Assembly (NCBI GenBank): GCA_043228905.1
Contig: JBHGNT010000003.1
Coordinates: 7,192,001 to 7,256,000 of the forward strand
Length of the DNA stretch: 64,000 nucleotides
Source: Azolla caroliniana
Taxonomy: Eukaryota > Plantae > Polypodiophyta
Reading direction: 5' to 3'
This document shows, piece after piece, positions 39,655-52,938 of this stretch. Positions within the stretch are counted from its first letter, which is position 1; each line of letters opens with the position of its first letter. The position numbers were made by a program, and so were the translations under genes. The notes beneath the pieces are model-generated. The model saw only the letters and a list, made by a program, of their open reading frames with translations. It had not been told where the DNA came from and made no database searches.

Positions 39655-42600
39655 TGTCGTGAAGAATTTCGGCCAGAGGCGAAAACCGGGAAACATTGGC
39701 TACATCGGCGGGGTGCAGCGTGTGTACGCACCCATGTACATTCAGTGTGAATATCGAGGGCGCCTTTATGGCGCCAAAGAGTAGTCAAGTCGGGACAGAC
39801 GATCCCATGTAAGTCGGGATTTGTCCCGCATTGTAATGCCTCCCTTTCCTTGTTCTATAAAAGGAAGGGAACGCCCTTTGTAAAAGGGTTGCCCATTTTG
39901 CATTAGAGGGTATACCGTTAGGTTTAGAGTTAGTTTCTTCTTCTTCTTCTTCTCCCCCTTTGTGTTCGCTTAGGGTTTCCTTCAGCTCATCTCCTGCGCA
40001 AGACCCCGCTCGGCGCGACGAGCCCGTGAGCTCCCCGACCGGCGGCTTGGCAGCTGACGACTACTGTAACCTACCTTGGTCTGGCTCGAAGCCGGGAATG
40101 TATTCTTCTGTTTATATATTTACGTTAGCGTCTGTCTGTGTATATTCGCGTCTCTGTTGGTGTCGGGTGCTTCCCCTTTCCTGCGTTTCCTGTACATGAG
40201 GGCGTGAGTCGGGTCGGCATGTGTGTGTGTGTGCGTGTGTGTGCGTGAGTCGGTGTTAAGCGCACTCTCTCTCTCTCTCTTCGATCGCTTCCGGTGTTCT
40301 TCTGGGATCCCCGGAAACGATGAAGCACGACTTCCTACGCTCCGTCACTCCCTAGTCCAAGACCCCGTGGTCCCGCCTTTCTCCACGCACGCGCGTAATA
40401 ACACGACATATTTGGTGAACCCGACGTGAAAGGCGGGAAGGGAGGATGGAGTCGGAAGACGACGACCTTGCGGAGATGGTGGCCGAAGTGGTGTTGGAGT
40501 CGGCATGAATGGTGATGAGGCGAGAAGCAGCGCAACAAGCGGTTGAGCGAGTGGTCGAAAGAGTCGGTCGTTTCTACGGGGACAAAGTCCCATCTTACTT
40601 GGAAGCCTACAACGCGGAAATGGAGGAGCGTGGCGTAGACAAGGCGTTGAGGCTGGAGTTCTTCTGTCGGGTCGTGGCTGTCCGGATGCATGTGGAAATA
40701 AAGGAGCTCCGTGAGGCTCATAGTTCGTGGGAGGCCTTCAAAGAGGCGCTCCTGAAGGCATACGGAGGACGGCGGAAGAGCCGGGGACGGCACGACTTTG
40801 ACCAGTGGGTAGCATCGGCAAAGACCCACCGGGGCGTGACCAAGGTGTTTCGAGAGTTTGAGCGACGGCTTGCTCGGCTCCCGGAGCGGGAACAAGGTTT
40901 GGTGGGGGCGGACAAAGTCCTTTTTTTCGTCAGGTCGATCGACCGAGCGGAACGGGAAGCCATCGGGATTGAGCTCGAAGACGATGACGGAGCGAATGGG
41001 CTTACGGAGGACTGGTTGAAGGTCGGAAGGGTGTGCCAACGGCTAGACAACGAGCGAGCCGAGAAGGCTAAGACGAAGGTACGCGACGGCGTGCCATCAC
41101 AGCGGGAAGAGGCCGAACGGCAAAGAGAGTCGGCAAGGGTCGGCGTTGGGGCCAGGATTGCAGAGGCGTACACAGCTCTCAAAGCGATGCTCGAGGAAGA
41201 GGGGAAAATCGAAGCCGAAGAAAGGTTTATTATGGAGTCGGGCCGGAGGCGGTCGGAGGATGAGGAGGCCGAAAGAGAATGGTACATCGGTACCACGGGA
41301 GAGGGTGCGGGACGAGCCACCCTCTCGACTTGCTGAGATAGAACGGCCAAGGATGAGGCCGAGATACCGATCGCGGAACCGGAATGTTGGGACCAGCGGT
41401 TTCGGGTGTGTCAGCCCGAGATCCCGATCATTGGAGAAGCAAGCCCAGACGGGGCTTGCGCGATCAGTAAGAAGACAACCGCCTACCACGAAGAGTCGGT
41501 GGCTATGGACAAGGGCGTAAAACGGACGAGTGATTCTTTGTGTCTTCCCACACTTGCTCCAGAGACGATGGCAGTCAGGCCTGAGTACCCACGTGAGTCC
41601 CAAACGGAGGAAGGCGGCGGCGGAGGGCCAAGAATCATGGACGAGACGATACGAGGAAGGAGCGGACGAAAGCCCACGGACCCGATTCCGGAGAACTCGG
41701 CATTCGGGGCCGTATGCCCATGTAAGACCGAGGAGATGGATGACGATACCGAGGAGTGTTGGCACAATGCCAGCGAAGTCGGATGGGAAACGGCCTGCGA
41801 GGAGGCCGAGGACGGACACGGCACGGGACGATCGGCATTCCCATACGGGTGGAGCGTGATCCGGTCGTGGATCGTTCGATCGGGGCCGGAGTCGGCATGA
41901 AAGTGCCGATACGGAAGGGGGTGCGGGACGAGCCGCCCTCATTTACATGGGGAGAAAGACCAACCGGGCGAAGGTCGAGATTGGAAAGAGAATGAAAGCC
42001 GGTCCTATGGGATTCCTTACACTGATCCGGCTGCAGGCCCGAGTGCCGGCGTAAGTCCTGTATCAGAGACAGTGGCGACAGGAGAACGGGACTCGGCAAT
42101 CCGGAGAAAGACGAACGGACCCGGACGAGAACCGGGCGGAGCAGACTCCCGGATGACCATTCCGGGAGGGAGGAAGAGAGCCGGCCTACGAAGAGGCCGA
42201 GGACACGGTACGTTGGTACCACGGGAGAGGGTGCGGAGTAAACCGCCCTCTCGGCATGCGGAAAAGGACGACCCGGGACAGGGTCAAGAAGGCGACGAAC
42301 GCCTACGGAGGATCCTTCACACCGGTTCTAGAGACTTCGGCAGTCGGCAACACGGTCGACGTTAGACCAAGATACTGACGGTGGCGGCGAGGTGACGAAG
42401 GCAAGGGCTAAGGATGGAACGTCTACGGAGGATCCTTCACACCGGATCTGGAGACTTCGGCAGTCGGCAACGCGGTCGACGTAAGACCAAGATACTGACG
42501 GTGGCGGCGAGGTGACGAAGACAATGGGCGTAAGGAAGACCGGTCCTACGGGATCCCCACACCGGTTCCGGAGACCCCGACTGTTCGGCCAACGTGGCAA

Positions 42601-44318
42601 CGTAAGACCAAGGGAGAAGGAAGGTGACGGCGGGAAACGGGACCCGGCTACGCGGAAGACACGAGGAGAGTCCGGGAGGGACTCAAACAAAAGTCACCCG
42701 AATTTCGGCAAGCATAGAAACGGAGTCCGGTCCTATGGGACCCTCACACTGATCCGGAGACTCCGGCAGTTCGGCCAACGTGGCAACGTGAGACCGAGGG
42801 AGAAGGACAGTGGTGGCAGGAAACGGGACCCGACGACACGAGGTATCGAAAGGAGCTGATAGGGGTGAACATGGGGAGGTGTGTCAGGCCGGAAAGGCAC
42901 ACCTTGGACAGAATAAGAGTCTCGCGAGTGGCCATCACGGGCCGGATCGAAGCGTGACTACGGGACGGTGTTCGGCGCGGGCGGGGCCGAACGAAGGAAG
43001 CGGAAGACGGCACAAGGGAGGTGCCGGGAACGAGGTGACAAGCGCCTAGTGGACTGCACAGGGTCGGAGTCAGGATGGCAAGAGAGGCCGGAGGAGGATC
43101 CTCCACACTCGCTTCGTAGATCTCGGTAGCTCTGTCGAAGTTACAAAGACTAACACGGCAAGCCGGGGTGACAAGCTGGTGGGGGTGAGGGGACGACGGC
43201 AAGCGGAAGACCCAGGACCTGTTGCAGCAGCACGAAGACGGGAAGGGCCGGGAAGGGCCAAGCGGGCCACCACGGGCATGCCTCGAACGGAGGACATCGG
43301 GCATATAGCGGGAAGCGGGGCGTTCATACGACCGAACAAGGGCCAACGGAAGAACGCGTACTACGGAGATCGCGGCAGAGGACCCATCGACGGGTCGAAT
43401 GAGCCTACGGGGAGGCGGGCGCGAAGGAAGACTCGAAGCCGACGGGTCAAACCGGCAGCGAGCCGAGATGCGGGTCACGGAAGACCGGTTTCTCACCGGC
43501 CGAAATCTCTCACCCTTCAACCGGACTTGGCACATACCGGTGGATGTGCAGTTAGGTGGGGGCGGATGTCGTGAAGAATTTCGGCCTGAGGCGAAAACCG
43601 GGAAACATTGGCTACATCGGCGGGGTGCAGTGTGTGTACGCACCCATGTACATTCAGTGTGAATATCGAGGGCACCTTTATGGCGCCAAAGAGTAGTCAA
43701 GTCGGGACAGACGATCCCATGTAAGTCGGGATTTGTCCCGCATTGTAATGCCTCCCTTTCCTTGTTCTATAAAAGGAAGGGAACACCCTTTGTAAAAGGG
43801 TTGCCCATTTTGCATTAGAGGGTATACCGTTAGGTTTAGAGTTAGTTTCTTCTTCTTCTTCTTCTCCCCCTTCGTGTTCGCTTAGGGTTTGCTTCAACTC
43901 ATCTCCTGCGCAAGACCCCGCTCGGCGCGACGAGCCCGTGAGCTCCCTGACCGGCGGCTTGGCAGCTGACGACTACTGTAACCTACCTCGGTCCGGCTCG
44001 AAGCCGGGAATGTATTCTTCTGTTAATATATTTACGTTAGCGTCTGTCTGTGTATATTCATGTCTCTGTTGGTGTCTGGTGCTTCCCCTTTCCTGCGTTT
44101 CCTGTACATGAGGGCGTGAGTCGGGTCGGCATGTGTGTGCGTGTGTGCGTGCATGAGTCGGTGTTAAGCGCGCTCTCTCTCTCTCTCTCTTCGGTCGCTT
44201 CCGGTGTTCTTCTGGGATCCCCGGAAATGGTGAAGCACGACTTCCTATGCTCCGTCACTCCCTAGTCCAAGACCTCGTGGTCCCGCCTTTCTCCACGCAC
44301 GCGCGTAATAACGTGACA
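39655..44318 (+). mobile_element. Element F: non-autonomous gag-only Gypsy of the H lineage inserted in the C RT
   Basis: LTRs 39655-40408 and 43567-44318; 4-bp TSD CCGG; same tRNA-Trp PBS as H (40413-40429); PPT TAGGTGGGGGCGGA; gag 40446-41336 (one stop) homologous to H gag; no pol; internal mosaic repeats. Confidence 0.92.
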
Positions 44319-46143
44319 CCGGAAGTTCGACTCCTTCATGACCAATCAAGGGTACCACAAGACGCAGGCCGATCACTGCGTGTTTGTGAAGAATTCGAAG
44401 GAGGCGACTTCCTGATACTCCTTCTATACGTGGACGACATGTTGATTGTCAGACGGGACCAAGCCAAAATACGAATGCTGAAGAAGGCTCTCAACCGGAC
44501 CTTCTCAATGAAAGACTTGGGTCCGACAAGACAGATGCTGGGGATGCATATTATCCGGAACCGGTCAACGAAGCAATTGTGGCTGTCACAGGAGAAGTAC
44601 GTGACAAAGGTGCTTCACCGGTTCAACATGTCAGATGCGAAACCGGTCGAATCGACACTCCCGGCAAACTGCAGGTTATCCGGTAAGCAAAGTCCGAAGA
44701 CGAAAGCAGAGAAGGCTAATATGACGAAGGTTCCATATGCCTCTGCCGTCGGGAGCTTAATGTACGCAATGGTGTGTACCCAACCGGATATAGGATAGGC
44801 AGTCGGAGTGGTGAGCCAGTTCATGAGCAATCCCGACAAGGAGCACTGGAATGTGGTCAAATGGATACTCTGGTACTTGAAGGGCACTTCGAATATGTGT
44901 CTCCGATTCGACTCTGGAAAACCTCAACTTGACGGTTTTACCGATTCAGACATGTCGGCTGATGTGGATACCAGCCGGTCTACATCCGGGTATGTAATGA
45001 CATATGCAGGGGGAGCTGTTTTGTGGCAGTCGAGGCTGCAAAAGACGGTTGCATTGTCAACCACGGAGGCGGAGTACATGGCGGCTGTGGAAGCTGGCAA
45101 GGAAATATTATGGATGAAGAACTTCATCGGAGAGCTCGGTATCCGGCAAGATGAATACCGGCTCTATTGCGACAGTCAAAGTGCCATCCACCTTGCTAAG
45201 AATGCGGCCTACCATTCCCGGACGAAGCATATTCAGCGAAGGTATCACTGGATCCGGGAAAGAGTAGATGACCAAGAGTTCGCACTGACGAAGATCCACA
45301 CGGCCGAGAACGGGTCAGACATGCTGACCAAAGTGTTGATACCCGACAAGCTGGATGCATGTCGGAAGCGAATAGGACTAGTAAGACACCCCATGCCGGA
45401 GTGAAGGGGGAGTTTGTTGGGATACAGGTCCCTCCGGATGGGAAGGAAGAAGAACAGTGCTGATAAGCAAACCGGATGACGAGTACACGGCTACGGAGAG
45501 CTGGATGGTGCAGACCCGGTGAGAACCGGATGAGGAGTACCCGGCTACGGAGAGCCAGATGGTGCAGACCCGGTGAGAACCGAATGAGGAGTACCCGGCT
45601 ACGGAGAGCCGGATGGTGCAGACCCGGTGAGAACCGGATGACGAGTGCCCGGCAAGATACGGATGATGCAGGCCCGGTGAGGAGCGCTCTCCGGATGAAG
45701 AGACATATTCGTAAATATGTTTCTGAGAGTCCATCGTGGCTATATTTGTAAATAGCCGAAAAGTCATATTGGTATAAATATGACTTAGGGCAAACTTTTA
45801 TATGGGTGTTGTTATTCTTGTCTTCGCGAGATTAGAGCGCGTAACTGTGTACAGAGAGAGAGAGAGAGAGGAAGAGATCGTTTCCTCTGTTGTAACGGCC
45901 GCCTGTGGCAAAGATAGAAAGTTCGAGGTCGTTGCCTCGGTGCTTTACTGTTGTACACTGTAACATAGTGATAGTTTGCAGCCTGTGGGCTGCCGTGGTT
46001 TGTTCCCTAGTTTGGGTTTTCCACGTAAACATCCTGTGTACTCTTCTCTTCACTGTGTCGTGCATTCTTACATGTTTATCTGTGTTTGATTTTAGACTCG
46101 GTTGTGGCCGAGCGTCATTCATCGGAGCGTGTAGTTCCCGTCA

Positions 46144-49100
46144 TGTACTAATTTTTCTTTTGTTGGTCTTATCTTCTCGATGGATGGCAATCAATCATTG
46201 TGCGGTTGGTTGGCCTTCATGCAGACAAGGATCAACAAGGAACTTCGGTAATCTTTCTTGTTATTTTTTGTCTATTTTTTTCTTCTCCCATCTAATCATG
46301 TGTATGGTTAATATGTAGATTATTTTTATTAATTAAATGATGTTGTAGTGGTATTTAATTGGTTATCTAAAACGCTTACATATGTGCACGAGGTCAATAC
46401 CTCGTTTGACATATAAATAATATGTGATGAGTGTTGTATGCGTGCGAGGTTAATACCTCAATTACGTATTACATTCACGAACATATGTTACGTTTGTGTA
46501 TGAGGTCAACACCTCGATTTTGTTGTAAATGATATGAGTTTGGTCTCGTATGCGTAAGAGGTCAATACCTCAATTGCGTATTCCGTTGAACCCTTATTTT
46601 TGGATGTCTCGTGTGCGTAGAGGTATATGCCTCGATTACGTATCTCGATTACGTCATTTTTGGCTATTAAATATAACGATTTCTTTAATATAGGCATATG
46701 TGGTCACATGTATATGTAGTTGATCGTATATATGTGATCATATACATATGTGTATATAAGTTATTACGTGATTTTTAATCGAATGTTTTCCTTTTCGGGG
46801 AAAGGTTCTTGGTGGCCGTCCTCACATTTTTGTGTGAGAATCGTGTTGTCGCCATCCCTTTTTTCAACAAATTTCTATTGTTGAAATCCCAGTTGGTGAC
46901 TTCGATATTTCGTTAATTAAAGAAACGCCAATAGCCATAATGATGTTGAGTATGTAGGGTTTGACCCACTTCATGTGAGGTCGCTCTTATGACACACGTA
47001 TCCAACATCCCTCCCTCATTACATGGATACGATGCCACCATGAGATCATTCTTATGAGAGGCATTTGTAATGACGTGACCATGTGATGGGCCACGTGGGC
47101 CTACTACGAAAAGAGGGCTCATTTGGCTTGACCATTAGGTTGCACTTTGGCGTATGCCATCGTAATTACGAAACTTGAGGTTAGGTAACATATCGACATA
47201 GTTGTAGTAAATGAGAGCGAAATAATGACTCTTGAAAAAAACATATATGGGCAAATGCCTCACATATCTCTTATACGTATGAAACATTCAACATTCAAGA
47301 AGAGAAACTGACTTGGTTGGTTCAAATGTTTAGTGTATTTGTTCTCGAGGTCTCGACGTCTAGAGGGGTATTGACGTGAGATCATGATATCGATTAATGT
47401 TTGCCCATGATATGTTTACATCACGACATGATGTTATGACTATCTCTCTGACCTTATCCTATTTCTTTTCCAAAAATAATCTTTAATGGCTCCAATTAAC
47501 GACCCGATGTCATCCGCTCAAGCGGAAGGAACTCAAGGGAATCCTCCTGGACAAATGTCCACTGAGATGTATTTGGCACAAATAACCCAATACCTTAGTT
47601 TCACCGCTCAACAGATGACCGAACTTCTGCAATCTCAAAGTGCTCTCAAGGCACGTGTCATTAGTCTACAACATGAGACTAACAGACCTGATGAGCGACA
47701 AGGTGAACCATCGTTTGTCGTTAAGCCATTTAAGGGAGACAAAAAGGAAAGAACCGAAGAAGCAATCTACACGTGGCTGGGCCGATGGGAGTCTCATTTT
47801 GAGCTCTATCCCACGCCAGATAGTACGAAGATTGCATATGTCGGCCGCGAATTCGGGGGTAAGGCCGCTACCTGGTGGCGTGGGCTCCGTACTTTGGGGA
47901 AATTGCCCGATACCTAGACAGATTTTGTCATAGTTTTCAAGGGACAATTTCTTCAACCTCCCTCTCGAACCGAGATAGCACAAGCTTTAATGAACATCTC
48001 TAGTTAGAAATTTTCCTTGCTAGAAGACTATGTCCACCATGTTAGAACCCAAATCCAAAAATCAGGTCTAGAAAGGGACAACTGGTTAATAGGTTGTTTT
48101 GTCAATGGCATCCCCAATTCGGACTATCACTGGATAGTGCACGATAAAAATCCAAAATCCTTCGAAGAGGCCGTTGAAATAGTTCTTCGCTATCAACGCA
48201 CTTCGAAGAGGGATCACAACAAACCCAACGGAGCGCCCGGGACTAAGCAGTCGCAATTTGTTGGGAAAAGCAAGACACCCAACGAATTCATGGATCGCGA
48301 TTGTAAGCGACAACATCCTTTTTACGTATACTGCAAAAAAGAAGGGTCATACAAGAGATCAATGTCGAAAGCTCCAACGGAAAGAGCACGACAACAAAGC
48401 TAAAGTTGCAGACCATAAAGGTCAGATTCCTAATGTCCATTAGGTCTATACACATCATTTAAGTAATTGTCAATGTTCTTTTCCTCACTATGTATTGGGT
48501 CCCAATGATTTACTATGTGCAAACGGGTATATCAATGGATTTCCCGTACAATTTTTATTTGATTCGGGAAGCTCACACAATTTTGTGAATGATCGTTTGG
48601 TTCAGATATGGGGAATCCAACCCACCGTAAGTGATCACACCTACACGGTGCACTTGGCTGATGGAAGAGTACAATACATCAACGGGGTGATTCATCCATT
48701 AGGAATTTCTATTGACACTTATATAGAGGAAATAGACTTCCATTTAATGAATCTTTGTACCACAAATGTAATATTGGGTTATCCCTGGTTTTATAATAAA
48801 AGCTCTTCTTTATCTATTGATTGGGTTCATCATTCAATAACTTTTGTACTGAACGATTGTACTCATTTTATTCAATGTGTAAAAAAACAATCCCTCTCGA
48901 TTGTTTCCTCATGTCCATCAATATTTGTGTTGTCTTGTTCTACTCTATTTTATTGTGTACTTGATCCGGACATTCACGTTTACAATATCGATAATATCTC
49001 GATACAATTAACATATTTTTAACAACAACAACTTGACGAAATCTTAAATGATTTTTGTGATGTTTTTCCGAGTTAACTACCAGATGGGTTACCTCCTAAA

Positions 49101-52100
49101 TGTAATATAGACCATCGTATAGATATTGTACCTAGCGTTTCACCAATATGTATACCTCCTTATCGCTTAAGTCGATCCGAAGAGGATGAGGTATCTAAGC
49201 AACTCAAGGACTATTTACGAATGGGTTATATACGTTATAGTAAATCTCCATGGGGTGCACCAGTTCTCTTGGTTAAAAAGAAAGAGGGCACATGTCATAT
49301 GTGTATTAATTACCGACGCTTGAATAAAGTAATGATCAAGAATTCGTATCCATTGCCCCGGGCTGACGATCTAATTGACCGTCTCCAGGGAGCTCGGTAT
49401 TTTACGAAACTTGATCTCCGTACTAGCTACCATCAAATACGTATAAGTGAGGATTATCTTCCTAAAACGGCATTTTGTACGCGTTATGGCCATTATGAGT
49501 TTTTGGTTATGCCTTTTAGTTTGACGAATGCTCCAGCTACATTTCAACAAGAAATGAATGACATTTTCCGAGAACAACTTGGAAAATTTGTCGTTATTTT
49601 CTTAGATGATATTTTATTTTATAGCCGTACATTACAAGAACATGCGAAACATGTCCGCTTTGTTGTACAAACATTGCGTGACAAACAGTTTTATGCGAAG
49701 ATCTCAAAATGTGAGTTCTTCAAGAAATCAATTACTTATCTTGGACATCTCATAACCGAACGAGGAGTTGAAATTGATCCTTCTCGCATTGAGAAAATCA
49801 AGCTTTGGCCCACTCTTCAGAACATTCGAGAAGTTCGATCATTCCTTGGTTTTGTCGGGTTTTTGCGAAAATCCCTTCGTAATTACTCCCAATTGACAAC
49901 GTCGTTTACTAATCTTCTAAAAGGTGAAATGCGTGAGTCTACAAAACCTATTGTGTGGAATGCTACACTAGACCTCACCTTTAAGGAACTCAAGGACCTG
50001 GTATGCAAGGCTCCTTCACTTCTTTTACCTTATCCTTCAAAACCTTTTGAGGTTGAAACCGATGCCAGAGATTATGCTATAGGTGATGTCTTATATCAAA
50101 TGTTAAACCAATAGCATTCGAGAGTAAGAAACCTAATTCTGCTCAATGTCGGTATATCGTTCAATAAAGCAATTTTTTGCAGTTATACATGCGCTCAAAA
50201 CATGCCGCCATTATCTTTATGGAAATCGCTTTATGGTAACTACGGACCACGAGTCTTTGAAATATTTTTGTGACCAACAAGACCTGACAGGTTGTAAGGG
50301 ACGATGGGCTGATCTCATCTAGGACTTTGATTTTTCCATACAATATTGTAAAGGCTCCATGAATACTCTCGTTGATGCACTAAGTCGCATCCGTGAAGTT
50401 AACATGCTTAGCTTCACTGAAATATCATTAGATCTTTATGATCACCTTCGAGGAAAGTATCCTGATGACAGTTATTTTGCAAAATACTGGGCAAGATTTG
50501 AGTTGGGAACAGACACCACCACATCCTCGAAGGAATACTTCCACATTGCTAACGGTCTGCTCTACCATAATGGGAAGGTTTGTGTTCCAGATTTGCACGA
50601 GGTAAAAAAGAGGATTCTTTTTTAATGCCATCATGCACCCTCAGCAGGGCACCTTGGAATACATCGTATAATCGTTCTAATCTCCACTCAATTTTATTGG
50701 CCTAAGATGCGTCCTGACATACATAGCTGATGTGACTAAATGTCACCAATGTCAAGTTAACAAAGCCGAGCTACTTAAAGCCGCAAGACTTTTACATCCC
50801 TTGGACATTCCCAATAATAAGTGGGAAAGTATATCCATGGATTTTATTGTTAGCCTTCCTTGTACCCAAAAAGGCCATGATGCCATCTAGGTTGTGGTTG
50901 TTCGACTAACTAAAATGGCCAGATTTATTGCTATTAAAACCACGGTAATAGCTCCTGAATTGGCTTACCAATATCGTGAGTGATCGAGATCCAAAGTTTA
51001 CTAGTGACTTCTGGACGCAAGTTTTCAAGAAGTTAGAAACTACGTTGAGCATGAGCTCCACGGATCATCCTCAATCCGATGGACAAATAGAACGAGTAAA
51101 TCAAATTATTGAGGACATGCTTCGAGCATACGTTGGTGCAAAACCATCAAAATGGGAACGTTATCTCCCAATTTTGGAGTTTGCTTATAACAGCTCCAAG
51201 CATACGTCGACGGGATATAGTCCTTTTATGTTGATGTATGGTTTTCAACCACGAGCCCCGATTGATGTCAATACATCATGATGAGTTGCGAAGTACGCAA
51301 AACTTTCTTTGGGATATGCAAGATATGTTGCATATTGCATGAGATAATATAAAAACAACTCAAGATAGAGCGTGTTTTTATGTTGATCATCATAGGCAAC
51401 CTTGTGTATTCAACCCTAGACAAAAGCTATTTTTACGTGTACCTCACGATTCTAAGACATTGTCTACGGGTAAGTGCGATAAGTTAGCCCCATGGTTTTG
51501 TGGACCTTTTACACTCCTCAAATGCATTGCATCATCAGCCTATTGTCTCGCTCTTCCCGATGGTGTTGGAATTCATCCAATCTTTCATGTGAGTCATCTA
51601 AAAGAACTTCTAGGTTTTGGCGATAATACAATTACAACTGAAACTCTGGTTACTTCTGAAGATTTATCTTCTAAACCACATGTACTAGAAAGAATTCTCG
51701 ATGTTAAAACAAAAAAATTACGTACTAAAGAAATCCGAGAATTTAAAATAAAATGGATGGATAAATCAATAAAAGATGCCACATGGGAATGCGAGAATAC
51801 TCTCAGAACTAACTTCCCTAATTTTCCATTGCAAGAGTGCAATGTTTTAAAGAGGGCATGACCATATAATATCCCGTGGTGAGAATTTACCGTAGTATTC
51901 TATACACGTGGATAAGTGTAAGAGTTAAACGAGAGTGTAAAGAAGGGGTGGATTACTTTTAATCCTCGGGATTGAGACAACCCATTAGGCCAAGTGTGAA
52001 CTTGCTTGGGGGTCTTGGGTATCACTATAAATAAGAGGCCTAGCTACCCTCATTTGATCATCTGGTTGACTACGTCGAGACTCTGTCTTGTGGTAGGTCA

Positions 52101-52290
52101 ACTCTTGTAGCGAGCGCGCCAGCACCAGGTACGACTCGACACCATGGTGGTGGTATGGGACGCCGATCAAGGCTCGAGTCTGTCTCGATCCCTTCGCTCG
52201 GGAGTGGTCGGGTGGATCGGCACCCTTCTTTCTCTCTTTCCTTTCTATCTATTTATCTTTATTCTATCCTTATCTGATGCTTACATTAGT
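46144..52290 (+). mobile_element. Element G: degenerate chromoviral Ty3/Gypsy
   Basis: gag 47486-48440; protease FLFDSGSSH; [16 protein letters not shown]; RNase H ETDA; integrase; chromodomain ERILDVK...FKIKW...DATWE (~51680-51820); many stops; PPT ~51845-51858 then a truncated 3' LTR; 46144-~46870 is probably the distal 5' LTR. Confidence 0.85.
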
Positions 52291-52611
52291 CTATGTCTCT
52301 AATAGCAATATACGCTAAAGGTCTCAAAAACGAGATGAACATCGAGTTGTGGCACAAAAGAATTGGCCACATCAACCTCCAATGGCTCCGAGCTATGCAA
52401 ACAAAGGGAGTCGTCATCGGACTTCCGACATTCGAGTCGAAACGAGTGGACCGAGTATGTGAAGCGTGTCAACTCGGCAAACAACATTGACTCCCATTCC
52501 CGAAGGAGATCTCCGCAAGCAAAGACCTCCTCGACGTCATACACTTGGATGTATGGGGACCGGCTCAAACGCCGACGATCGGCGGATGCCGATACAACGT
52601 AACCTTCATTG

Positions 52612-52644
52612 AACACCGGGTCATTTGAAACAGGTAATATGTCG
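52612..52644 (+). repeat. Left TIR
   Basis: AACACCGGGTCATTTGAAACAGGTAATATGTCG. Confidence 0.95.
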
Positions 52645-52938
52645 CATTATGAGAACACTACGTCGAAAAAGGGCACAAAAGCACGCAGTTTTCAAAAAGA
52701 CATGACACATGCGTAAAGCTTTTCAGAAAAGGTGGCAAAATATATTGAATTTCAACATGACTACCACTTTGAGTCATAAGTAAAATGCCTCCAAAAATAC
52801 ATCACCAAAATTACAAAATAATGTACAACATGTCTACCAGTTACAATTATACATATTCGTGAGTTTACATCCAAAACAAATTTACAAAGTTTCCGATCAT
52901 GTAGTAAAACAATCCCCAGCTTGAACCAAACCAATATA

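Larger units (their letters stand above)
18956..46143 (+). mobile_element. Element C: Tnt1/Tork-like Copia, 5'-truncated, interrupted by D, E and F
   Basis: gag/CCHC/protease 18956-19830 (CFYCGKPRHFQKNC, WVVDSGAS); continues 24807-25260, 38185-39654 (integrase, RT start) and 44323-45404 (LLYVDD, RNase H); the reading frame rejoins across each TSD; PPT then 3' LTR 45415-46143. Confidence 0.9.

Noticed and set aside
27368-44265. Numerous antisense and alternate-frame ORFs over the retroelements
   Set aside because: Shadows of GC-rich gag/pol and LTR sequence, with no independent motifs.
18271-46143. Treating LTRs 18271-18955 and 45415-46143 as one element's LTR pair
   Set aside because: The first is preceded by RNase H and a PPT, has no PBS after it, is clearly diverged from the second, and no TSD flanks the pair. 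It is the 3' LTR of a separate copy.
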